Assembly: GCA_000175855.1 (NCBI GenBank)
Contig: ACYB01000004.1
Location: 1-32,000 of the forward strand
Reading direction: 5' to 3'
Length of the DNA: 32,000 nucleotides
From: Raphidiopsis brookii D9
GTDB taxonomy: Bacteria; Cyanobacteriota; Cyanobacteriia; Cyanobacteriales; Nostocaceae
Shown: positions 9,564-18,249 of the stretch, in pieces
Layout: each line of letters starts with the position of its first letter
How positions within the stretch are numbered: the first letter of the stretch is position 1
The notes under the pieces: model-generated
The model's input: only the letters and a program-made list of their open reading frames with translations
Database searches by the model: none
What the model was told of the DNA's origin: nothing
Translations under genes and position numbers: made by a program

Positions 9564-11224
9564 TTTTTACCTGTAGTATTACCCATAGTATTAATACTAG
9601 AAGAAGGCGCAATTAGACGAAATGGGAAAAGAGGTGTAGAGGCGAATTGGGAATATTCGGGAGTGAGAAAAACATTATACTTATTAGCATCTGGTGTTAG
9701 TTGTGCGGCCATGGCTAAAGAAATCGCCTTCACATAATTGCGCACATCCGCTGATTTTGCTCCCACCACTTCTCGACTGGTAATGGGAGTGTTATTTGTG
9801 TTTAGAAAAGCATTAACTACTAGGGGATCCACTACACTGAAATGGCTAGCACCCACCGCAGCAGCTAACCACTTGGGAGATGGAATACGGTTAAAACCGT
9901 TAATTTGTTCGGTCAAACTTGGGGTGACATGGTCAGCGGATGCGGTAAATACTAGGGTAGGAACTTTTATCTTTGTCAAACCAGTTTCACCAAATAAGAG
10001 GGACGAAGCTGGTTTTAGAGCTACTATTTGTTTGACTCTTTGATCTTGTAGTTGATAGTTATTTTGTGGCAATTGTCTGGCCAGGCACATAAAACTTTGA
10101 ACATCACTCAATTTACCAGCATTTTTTTCGCAACTGCTTTTTAGACTAGCAATTTGTAGTTCACCACCAGCTAATGCTAATGCTGTAGTCCCACCCAGGG
10201 AATAACCAACAAACATGACTTTATTAGTGGTTAGTTTTCCCTGTAAGGAATTATTGGGATTTTGGTTAACCTTCGCCAATTCATCCAGAACAAAACTTAC
10301 ATCCTGGGGAAGAGCTAAAAATTCTTGATAGTTCAAACCTACTTTGCCTTTATTAGTAAAAAAATTACTACCAGGATTTTGTAAAGCTGCAACCACGTAA
10401 CCATAAGAAGCCAGATGTTGAGCTAAATATTGTAGGTCTGTACCTGCTGAACTAGAGCTATGAGAAAAGACAATTAAGGGTTTTTCAATATTGTTTTCAC
10501 CATTAGTAGGATTTGACCAATAAATATCCACGATAATATTACGTTTACGTTTATCATCACTCAAGTTTAACCTAGATATTTCTACTTTCTGCGTTCCGGT
10601 TTGGGTGGGATCAAATGGAATATTTATGGATGGTTTTTGCCTATCAATTTGGGGACTGTTCATCAGTAGAAATTGCTGAGTCTGGAAAAAATCCATATTT
10701 AAAAACTTTCCTACCGTTAAAACCTGTGGTAGATTCAGTCTCAGAGTTTGACTAGGGTATGCTGCAATAAAACTGAGCATAGATAAACCTTCTGGTGAAC
10801 TAGCAGCCAATATTAAACCGGATCTAACTGCTTGTACACCTGATTGATATTGACGACGATCAAAGACCGTTGCTATGTCGTTGATTACTGTTTGACCTAA
10901 TTGAGTATTCAGTAACCAATTTAAAGTCACTACATTTATGGGTATTCTAGTTTTTAATCCTTGTACCAACCAGTTACGTTGTTCTTGGCTTAGTGCGCTA
11001 GTATAAATCTGTAGACTACCTGGCAATTGCCCAGTTTCCGTGGCTTTTTTCAGCTCTGCAACAGAAGTCGACTCTTCTAGGAATCCATAACGTATAGTTA
11101 CCCTATCTGCTGCATAGACAGTGGTACACATTGTCAAATATTGTGTCCAGGCGATCGCACTTAATAGTCCTGTAAATATGGTAGCTTTTTTGTGGTTTTT
11201 TCTGGTTAGGGGATTCTTTATCAT
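9560..11224 (-). CDS. Secreted alpha/beta hydrolase with N-terminal DUF1400-like domain
   Basis: 554 aa. N-terminal hydrophobic signal, nucleophile elbow GYSLGG, and a cyanobacterial DUF1400-like N-terminal region (ADRVTIRYGFLE..SVAELKKATETGQLP). Confidence 0.7.
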   Translation of the reverse strand: MIKNPLTRKNHKKATIFTGLLSAIAWTQYLTMCTTVYAADRVTIRYGFLEESTSVAELKKATETGQLPGSLQIYTSALSQEQRNWLVQGLKTRIPINVVTLNWLLNTQLGQTVINDIATVFDRRQYQSGVQAVRSGLILAASSPEGLSMLSFIAAYPSQTLRLNLPQVLTVGKFLNMDFFQTQQFLLMNSPQIDRQKPSINIPFDPTQTGTQKVEISRLNLSDDKRKRNIIVDIYWSNPTNGENNIEKPLIVFSHSSSSAGTDLQYLAQHLASYGYVVAALQNPGSNFFTNKGKVGLNYQEFLALPQDVSFVLDELAKVNQNPNNSLQGKLTTNKVMFVGYSLGGTTALALAGGELQIASLKSSCEKNAGKLSDVQSFMCLARQLPQNNYQLQDQRVKQIVALKPASSLLFGETGLTKIKVPTLVFTASADHVTPSLTEQINGFNRIPSPKWLAAAVGASHFSVVDPLVVNAFLNTNNTPITSREVVGAKSADVRNYVKAISLAMAAQLTPDANKYNVFLTPEYSQFASTPLFPFRLIAPSSSINTMGNTTGKN

Positions 11225-11355
11225 GGTTTTTAGTTATGGTTAGATTAATCTCTTTACTTAAAGTGATTGTAACCTCCTTTGGTGAGAACGACCAGATTAA
11301 ATGGGTTTACAAAAACTTCATGTTTGTCACTTGTTCATAAAACAATTGCATCAAT

Positions 11356-11796
11356 ATGCGCCGTTTGATTATCTATGGTCTAATTTTTACACTTTCTTGC
11401 TTGGTAATTATCTGGTGGCCAGTCAATGATTCTAATTGCAGTCCCATAACCCTGGCAAAATTAAAAAAGTCTAATTTTCAGGTCACAGCTACTAAAGTTA
11501 GTGTGCAACCTTGGTTGGGTCAACATCATATATATGGAATATTTCAAGTCCCTGATCCATACAAGGAAAGTCAGTTTTTTATGTTATCTATTCCCGGAGG
11601 TCGTCAGTACTGTGCCCGTCCTTTTGGATACAGCGAAAATTACGATGATGTATTCGCCGAACCAGGAAATATTTTAATCAGATACTATGTACCTACTCGT
11701 ATGGGCATAAAAATGATTTTTCAAGGGCTATTTTTTCAACTAAACAATCCTCAAAACTGGAGCTTGACCTTTCCTAAAACAATCTCTAAGGAATAG
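11356..11796 (+). CDS. Hypothetical membrane-anchored protein
   Basis: 146-aa ORF with one N-terminal hydrophobic helix and no recognised motif. Same strand as the two downstream genes. Confidence 0.4.
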   Translation: MRRLIIYGLIFTLSCLVIIWWPVNDSNCSPITLAKLKKSNFQVTATKVSVQPWLGQHHIYGIFQVPDPYKESQFFMLSIPGGRQYCARPFGYSENYDDVFAEPGNILIRYYVPTRMGIKMIFQGLFFQLNNPQNWSLTFPKTISKE

Positions 11797-11912
11797 TCAT
11801 AAAGATTAGCAGACGATGGCAAGTTTGACAGGTTGTCTTTTGACAAAATCACCAATCTGATCCCAACATACTGGTTATGTCCTAACTACTCAGGGATTGA
11901 GGACTTTAATTT

Positions 11913-13139
11913 ATGTTGGACCTAGTGCTAATTACTATCCTGGGTTTTCTGGGAAGCTTTGGTCACTGCATTGGCATGTGTGGACCTTTAGCAGTAGCTT
12001 TTTCTTTTTCTTACCCGGAGAAAACTCAATCCTGGCAACGACAACTACAATTTCATATTCTCTTAAATTTAGGTAGAACATTTAGCTACGCTTTAGTTGG
12101 CACTGCTATAGGCACACTTGGTTCTGTATTGGTACAAGGTGGACAATTAGGTGGAGTTGGTAGTGAGTTACGCAGATGGATAGCAATAATTACTGGAGTG
12201 ATGTTAATCTGGCTAGGATTAGCACAGGTTAAACCACATTTAATACCTAAAATTCCCATATTTCACCCTTTATTACAAAATAGTTTACATAATCGATTAA
12301 GTGCTGTAATGGTAAATTTATCATTACATACAAAATGGTGGACACCAGCACTTTTAGGTATGACCTGGGGACTAATGCCCTGTGGTTTTTTATATGCTGC
12401 TCAAATTAAAGCAGCAGCTACAGGAAATGGATGGCATGGGGCGATAACTATGTTGGCATTTGGTCTGGGCACCCTACCAACCATGTTAGGAGTAAGTGTT
12501 TCCACTTCCTTGATGACTAAAGACCAGCGTGGTCAACTATTTCGTCTAGGAGGGTGGGTAAGTATGATTATTGGTATAATTACCATATCCCGCACAGGGG
12601 AAACCATGGTTGACTATAGTGGTTATGCCGCCTTAATCTGCTTAATTTTGGCTTTAATTGCTCGTCCCATGCACGTTTGGTTACCAGCTCTTATGGGTTA
12701 TCGTCGAGGACTGGGTGTGGGAGCATTTCTGCTATCATTAGTACACACAATTCACAAATTAGAACACTTCTTAGCATGGAATTTATCAGCTACTTGGTTT
12801 TTACCAGTGGAATTTCAGTGGGGAATGGGTGCAGGTGTTTTGGCTTTAGTTTTTATGACCCCTGCTGCTTTTACAAGTTTTGACTTTATCCAAAAGTCTC
12901 TAGGTCCAAACTGGCGTCGAATCCATCTTTTGACGATTCCAGCTTTAATATTGACTACTATTCATGCAGTTTTGATTGGTTCCACCTATTTAGGAGCTTT
13001 AAAGTTAACTATCTTTAATCAAATAGCAACCTTATTATTAATATTCATTATTCTCGCGGTTTTAATGATGCGATCGCCTTTATTTTGGTCAATTTTGAAC
13101 TTAAAAAAATTCTATACTCCTTTAAAGCAAAAGAACTAG
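11913..13139 (+). CDS. Membrane protein: DsbD_2/UreH-like (TauE/SafE-annotated) domain fused to a ferric-reductase-like (MsrQ/YedZ-type) transmembrane domain
   Basis: 408 aa. The N-terminal GHCIGMCGPL motif and LMPCGFLY are typical of the DsbD_2/UreH-like family. The C-terminal ~170 aa has His-bearing helices (LLSLVHTIHKLEH, ILTTIHAVLIG) like heme-b ferric reductase domains. Confidence 0.6.
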   Translation: MLDLVLITILGFLGSFGHCIGMCGPLAVAFSFSYPEKTQSWQRQLQFHILLNLGRTFSYALVGTAIGTLGSVLVQGGQLGGVGSELRRWIAIITGVMLIWLGLAQVKPHLIPKIPIFHPLLQNSLHNRLSAVMVNLSLHTKWWTPALLGMTWGLMPCGFLYAAQIKAAATGNGWHGAITMLAFGLGTLPTMLGVSVSTSLMTKDQRGQLFRLGGWVSMIIGIITISRTGETMVDYSGYAALICLILALIARPMHVWLPALMGYRRGLGVGAFLLSLVHTIHKLEHFLAWNLSATWFLPVEFQWGMGAGVLALVFMTPAAFTSFDFIQKSLGPNWRRIHLLTIPALILTTIHAVLIGSTYLGALKLTIFNQIATLLLIFIILAVLMMRSPLFWSILNLKKFYTPLKQKN

Positions 13140-13155
13140 TTGATATTTTACAGAT

Positions 13156-13791
13156 ATGATAATTAAAGCAACTTTATACAGAAATAAAATAATATTCTCC
13201 TTGCTATTTGTACTAGTAACAGCAACATTTACCAATACAGTTAAGGCTCACACAGTAAAAGTATCAAACGATATAGGAGCTACTATTCACATTGAACCAA
13301 ATGATCGGGCTCGTGCTGGTGAAGTTGCACTAACATGGTTTGCTTTAACCGAAAAAGGTGGTAAAATCGTGCCCCTAAGAGATTGTAACTGTCGCTTAAC
13401 CATTTATGCTCAACCACATACACCCGGGGAACCCGCTCTACTTGAACCACCCTTAAAACCTATGAATGTGGAAAGATATGAGGGTATACCAGGAGCGGAA
13501 ATTACATTTCCTAAACCAGGAGTTTATGAACTGCAACTAACGGGAAAACCAAGGACAGGAGAGAATTGGCAACCTTTTGAGTTAAAATTCGAGGTGATAG
13601 TAGCTACGGGTAAGCCAATAGTAGCAGAGGAACTGAAAAAAAAAGACCAAAAAAGCGGTAATTCGTCAAAAGGTTTAGACCTAGTTAAACCATTGCTTAT
13701 AGGGGTAATTATAATTTCATCAATAGGGATTATAGTATTTTTATCAAACCTAGTAAAAGGTAAATTGAAACGCGATCGCGATCAAGACTAA
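13156..13791 (+). CDS. Secreted, C-terminally membrane-anchored beta-rich protein with predicted N-terminal His (possible metal-binding)
   Basis: 211 aa. Signal peptide ending ..TNTVKA followed by HTVKV, a Lys-rich linker, and a C-terminal helix LLIGVIIISSIGIIVFL. Starts 16 bp after the upstream gene. Confidence 0.5.
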   Translation: MIIKATLYRNKIIFSLLFVLVTATFTNTVKAHTVKVSNDIGATIHIEPNDRARAGEVALTWFALTEKGGKIVPLRDCNCRLTIYAQPHTPGEPALLEPPLKPMNVERYEGIPGAEITFPKPGVYELQLTGKPRTGENWQPFELKFEVIVATGKPIVAEELKKKDQKSGNSSKGLDLVKPLLIGVIIISSIGIIVFLSNLVKGKLKRDRDQD

Positions 13792-13843
13792 TCTCTTATG
13801 CAGCTACTAAGTGATTTTGTACTTTTAGTCTAAAGTCCGGAGA

Positions 13844-14824
13844 TTACTGTAACTGTAATACTGTTAGGTATAAATTCTTTCTGGTTTCTGTTTTTAAAAA
13901 TTCTATTTGTAAAGGTTGCCATTGCTGCCATAATTGATAGCGATTGGTAGCTAGGAAGGTAATCATTTCAGTTAAACTGGATTCACGTTCTGATTTAAAA
14001 ATATTTACCAACCACTTGTTTAAAACTATGCTATCTTGCAGATTACCTAAAATTTCTTGAACTTGTTTAATTTGCACAAGCTCCTGTGTGAAGGATTGTT
14101 GGTATAAGTCGTCAAATAGATCTATTTGGTAGCGCACTCTTTTAGCATTTTTTCGCAGGTCATGGAGAATTTCTCCCTGGATTTGTAGGTTTTTTTCTAG
14201 CTCCTCAGGAGTCCATTTTACTGATGTAATCACTCCTGGATCTAGGGTTTCTGTGCCAATCATCCACCCTGGATGCAGGAGAAATCTGCTGATTTGCGGT
14301 AGAAGGAGTTCTGGTACTGCTTGCTGAATCTGCAATTGTGCTAGGGGACTGTAAATGGGTTTTTTTAGCCACCCCAGTAAGTCTCGTTTAAAGGATTTAT
14401 ATAGTTCAGATTTGAAGATTTTTTCCACCAATAAATAGACTAATTCTCGCTCTTGAGATATGGCAGAAAAAGCCCTTTTCAAAGAAGTTCGTTCAGGAGA
14501 CGATAGGTGTGGTTGATAGTCCCGCTCTAGAATTTCTTTTAACACATCTAAATCCCTGAGCTTCCCTAAAGTTCTAGCAATTTTACCAATACTTTGATCA
14601 TTCACGGATGAAGGTAATGCTAAAAACAAACTAAAACTGGTAACAGCAGTACGTAAACGTCGCATCCCCACTCTCATTTGATGTAACGCATTTGGATCGC
14701 TATCTTTCTTAACTAATTTCTCACATTTGAGGGTTTTATCAGCGATCTTGGTCAATGCTTGATGTCCAAAACTTCCTAAGCTTGTCGCTGGTAATGTTGT
14801 TAAATCTGTTGTCTTTAGTTTCAT
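13844..14824 (-). CDS. CHAD domain protein
   Basis: 326 aa, helical. Signature LHQMRVGMRRLR and a second basic helix LRKNAKRVRY typical of CHAD. Confidence 0.75.
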   Translation of the reverse strand: MKLKTTDLTTLPATSLGSFGHQALTKIADKTLKCEKLVKKDSDPNALHQMRVGMRRLRTAVTSFSLFLALPSSVNDQSIGKIARTLGKLRDLDVLKEILERDYQPHLSSPERTSLKRAFSAISQERELVYLLVEKIFKSELYKSFKRDLLGWLKKPIYSPLAQLQIQQAVPELLLPQISRFLLHPGWMIGTETLDPGVITSVKWTPEELEKNLQIQGEILHDLRKNAKRVRYQIDLFDDLYQQSFTQELVQIKQVQEILGNLQDSIVLNKWLVNIFKSERESSLTEMITFLATNRYQLWQQWQPLQIEFLKTETRKNLYLTVLQLQ

Positions 14825-15225
14825 AAATTAGTCGAAATAGCTTGTAATGGACAAGAAGAAATACACTGCTCACAGACAATACACCGCGATCGCGTGAATG
14901 TTAATTTGTATGTTTCTCGGTTCAAAGATAATGCTTCCGTAGGACAAACCCCTGTACACAATCCACAATCAACACATAGTTGATCATCAATAAATATTTC
15001 ACCCAAATTATGAGAAACAGCAATATGTTGCGATCGCATCCAGTCAATAGCTGCATCTAACTGGTCGATATCACCCGATAATTCTACCACCAGTTTACCA
15101 ATTTGATTAGGAGCAACCTGAGCGCGGATAATGTTAGCAGCTACGTTAAAATCCCTCGCCAGTCGGTAAGTAACAGGGATCTGAATCGCACGTTTAGGAA
15201 AAGTCAGGGTCACTCGTTTCTTCAT
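14821..15225 (-). CDS. NIL-domain protein fused to a 2x[4Fe-4S] ferredoxin domain
   Basis: N-terminal NIL-like region, then CVDCGLCTGVCP and CIVCEQCISSCP. ATG at 15225 is preferred over the track's GTG at 15237. Its stop overlaps the CHAD start (ATGA). Confidence 0.8.
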   Translation of the reverse strand: MKKRVTLTFPKRAIQIPVTYRLARDFNVAANIIRAQVAPNQIGKLVVELSGDIDQLDAAIDWMRSQHIAVSHNLGEIFIDDQLCVDCGLCTGVCPTEALSLNRETYKLTFTRSRCIVCEQCISSCPLQAISTNL

Positions 15226-15306
15226 AGAAAAAACCACATTTGGCTAAATTTGATAGACTAGATCTGGAAAATGCCTAATTGCTTAATAATTATTAATAAA
15301 TAAACC

Positions 15307-15891
15307 ATGATTCCAGATGCACCCCTTGATCCCAACACCCCCACCCAGTCAACCCTGGGAAATCGGGTCAGAAACTTCCTCATAGTAATTGTAGCGATCG
15401 CCCTCACTGGACTCCTATTTTTAGGAATGAGAAACCAAACCAGTACGGTTTCCCTTCAGGAACTAGACCAAGCATCTACCCCCCTAGAAATAGCTATAAC
15501 CAATAATCGACCCAGTCTAGTAGAATTTTACGCCGACTGGTGTACAGTTTGCCAAAAGATGGCACCGGACATAGCAAAATTGAAAGGTAAATATGGTGAC
15601 AAGATGAATTTTGTCATGTTGAATGTGGATAACAGCAAATGGTTACCAGAAATGCTTAAATATCGAGTGGATGGCATACCCCACTTCGTCTTCTTAGGTC
15701 ACCAGGGGGAAACTATAGCTGAAGCAATTGGTGATACACCTCGTAGCATTATGGATAGTAACTTGGACGCATTAATCACAGGTTCTCCCCTTCCCTATGT
15801 TCAAATGAATGGCAGAGCTTCTCAGTTTTCTGCTCCAGCTTCAACTAGTCAAGATGATCCTCGTAGTCATGGTGGACAAGTAGTTAATTAG
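15307..15891 (+). CDS. txlA: Membrane-anchored thioredoxin-like protein TxlA
   Basis: 194 aa. N-terminal transmembrane helix, redox motif WCTVC, and a thioredoxin fold (VEFYADWCTVCQKMAP). Confidence 0.8.
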   Translation: MIPDAPLDPNTPTQSTLGNRVRNFLIVIVAIALTGLLFLGMRNQTSTVSLQELDQASTPLEIAITNNRPSLVEFYADWCTVCQKMAPDIAKLKGKYGDKMNFVMLNVDNSKWLPEMLKYRVDGIPHFVFLGHQGETIAEAIGDTPRSIMDSNLDALITGSPLPYVQMNGRASQFSAPASTSQDDPRSHGGQVVN

Positions 15892-15961
15892 TTCAGGTAT
15901 TGTTGAAAAAATCAGGGGAAATGGGTAAATAACAGTTAAAACAGGTCTAAAAAATAGAATT

Positions 15962-17044
15962 ATGATTGGTGTAGCAATAGTTGGCAGCGGATTTGGACAA
16001 AAAGTACATATCCCGGCATTTATTTCCCATCACAAAACTAAAATATTTAGTGTCTATCACAGAGATATTAAGCAAGCACAATCTCTAGCAACAGCTTATA
16101 ATATTCCCCATTATAGCGACAATTTAGAAGAAATTTTGGCATTAGCAGAAGTACAAGCGGTGAGTATATCCACACCACCGTTTTTACATTACCCCATGGG
16201 TAAACAAGTATTAGCAGCAGGTAAACACCTCTTATTAGAAAAACCGACCACCTTAAATGTAAATCAAGCTAAGGAACTATATCAACTAGCAAAGCAAAAA
16301 AACATTATTGCCACGGTAGATTTTGAATTTCGTTTTGTTCCAGCATGGCAATATTTACATCAGTTATTGAGTGAAAACTATGTGGGAAATATTAGACTAA
16401 TTAAAATTGATTGGTTAGGGTCATCTCGTGCTAGTATGGAGCGTCCTTGGAATTGGTATTCCCAAAGAGAGCAAGGTGGTGGAGCTTTAGGTTCCCTAGG
16501 TTCCCATGCTTTTGATTATATTAGCTGGTTATTTGGAGAAGTGATAAGACTTAATGCCTATTTAACCACAGCAATCAACCAAAGAAGAGATCCGGTGGAT
16601 GGAGAATTAAAAGTAGTGAACAGTGATGATAATTGTTTAATTTCATTAGAGTTGGAGAAAGGAATACCTTGTCAAGTCTGTATTAGTGCGGTGGTGCAGG
16701 CTAAGAGAACTCATGCTATTGAAGTGTATGGAGACAAAGGGACATTAATTATAGCAAGTGAAAATCAAAAAGATTATATTTATGGGTTTAGGGTTTGGGG
16801 TTGTGAAATTGGGGGAAGTTTAACCGAATTGGAGATTCCTAAACAATTATTATTTCCCCAAGACCACGTTGATGGTAGGATTAGTGCATTTTTGCGAGTT
16901 GTAGACGAATGGGTGAATGGAATAGAAAACCAAAAACAGATTATTCCGTCATTGAAACAGGGAGTTTATTCCCAACTGTTGATGGATCTGTGTCAGCAAT
17001 CATCTAATTCTAGAAGCTGGGTAGATGTGCCAAGTTGGGAATGA
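15962..17044 (+). CDS. Gfo/Idh/MocA family oxidoreductase
   Basis: 360 aa. N-terminal Rossmann motif IGVAIVGSGFGQ and the EKP motif (LLLEKP) typical of the family. Confidence 0.8.
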   Translation: MIGVAIVGSGFGQKVHIPAFISHHKTKIFSVYHRDIKQAQSLATAYNIPHYSDNLEEILALAEVQAVSISTPPFLHYPMGKQVLAAGKHLLLEKPTTLNVNQAKELYQLAKQKNIIATVDFEFRFVPAWQYLHQLLSENYVGNIRLIKIDWLGSSRASMERPWNWYSQREQGGGALGSLGSHAFDYISWLFGEVIRLNAYLTTAINQRRDPVDGELKVVNSDDNCLISLELEKGIPCQVCISAVVQAKRTHAIEVYGDKGTLIIASENQKDYIYGFRVWGCEIGGSLTELEIPKQLLFPQDHVDGRISAFLRVVDEWVNGIENQKQIIPSLKQGVYSQLLMDLCQQSSNSRSWVDVPSWE

Positions 17045-17901
17045 TTTTGATTTATAGGATACTGTTCATTTTGATTTTGACGTAGATCTCCGGATAGATA
17101 TGGATAGTTAGTGATGAATAATTCCTTACCCTTGTCTGCTTTCTCCTGTTTGTAGTTGTTCATTCCGTATTGCAACTCCCACTCATAAATATGGGCAAAA
17201 GAAAAATTCTGTCGCACTTGTTCACAATTATCGTAGGTGATCAACCATTTATGTGAGCACTCTTTCATCAGGTTGGCAAAGCGAGAATGGTCAAAACCCG
17301 TATGCAAATCTCCTTTTTTACCATAAAGCCTAGATTTAGCATTGGTGAAATAAGGTGGATCTAGAAAGATAAATACATCATCCCCTGGTTCAGTCAGTAG
17401 GATACTGTAGTCGTAATTAGTCACATGGGTATTAGTAAAACAACTATCCAGTGCTGCTAACCGCTCAATAGAAGAGTCTGTAAAGCGACTGTGGAAAGAA
17501 GCATTGCTATAACCTCCGCTTTCAATTGTCCCCGAAAAGGTAATTCGGTTAAGAACGAAAAATCGCACAGCTCGCTCCAGTGGACTCATTTTACTTGTGG
17601 GAGCTGGGGAGAGAGATTTAAACAAGGCATGTCCATCCGTTGTCTGTTTTTTTACTTTCCACACGGACTCGACTAACTGTGGTAGATTAGTTTTGACCAT
17701 GGTCCAGAAGTAATATAGTTCAGGGTTGATATCATTTATCCAACAAGGTATATGATAGTGATTTTGTAAAACATAAAAGAATATGGAACCTCCCCCAACA
17801 AAAGGTTCGCGGAACTCTTTAAATTTAGGAGGTAGGTAGTGAGTAATTTGAGAAATTGCCTTTTGTTTACCACCAGGATAACGTAATGGACTTTTAAGCA
17901 T
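16993..17901 (-). CDS. dam: Dam-type (D12 class) N6-adenine DNA methyltransferase, orphan
   Basis: 302 aa. LRYPGGK, SAM-binding FVGGGS, and catalytic DPPY (FLDPPYF) in alpha-class order. No adjacent endonuclease ORF. The last 52 bp overlap the convergent oxidoreductase gene. Confidence 0.85.
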   Translation of the reverse strand: MLKSPLRYPGGKQKAISQITHYLPPKFKEFREPFVGGGSIFFYVLQNHYHIPCWINDINPELYYFWTMVKTNLPQLVESVWKVKKQTTDGHALFKSLSPAPTSKMSPLERAVRFFVLNRITFSGTIESGGYSNASFHSRFTDSSIERLAALDSCFTNTHVTNYDYSILLTEPGDDVFIFLDPPYFTNAKSRLYGKKGDLHTGFDHSRFANLMKECSHKWLITYDNCEQVRQNFSFAHIYEWELQYGMNNYKQEKADKGKELFITNYPYLSGDLRQNQNEQYPINQNHSQLGTSTQLLELDDC

Positions 17902-18249
17902 AATGGATTATATTTCAAGACAAAAGGAACTTGGGCAAGTTTTTGAAAATTAATCATAAGTTAAGCCGTAAATTATTAAAGATTAGAATCAAATCCCAGG
18001 GTAAATCGTGGAGGTGATTCTATATTATTATAATATGTATGATTGTTTGAAAAATGCCATACTCTGGGCAAATTAATCATCCAATCTGATCACACAACAC
18101 AATCTTTCCAAAGTTAGATACTGGAATTATGGCAGATTGATTTTTTCTCCCTTGAGACAATAGGTATTATTTCATCAGAAAGATGGAAAATATTAAATGT
18201 TTAGCAAAACTTAGGTTAGATTCAATAAACCTAAGGAGGGCAAGTTCCA

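Noticed and set aside
12677-12883. 68-aa plus-strand ORF inside the DsbD_2/ferric-reductase gene (and 9738..10043 inside the hydrolase gene)
   Set aside because: These are alternative-frame or antisense ORFs within longer, motif-supported genes.
16993-17901. Dam methylase considered as part of a restriction-modification or other defence system
   Set aside because: No endonuclease, specificity or other defence-type ORF lies adjacent. The flanks are an oxidoreductase gene and an AT-rich promoter region.
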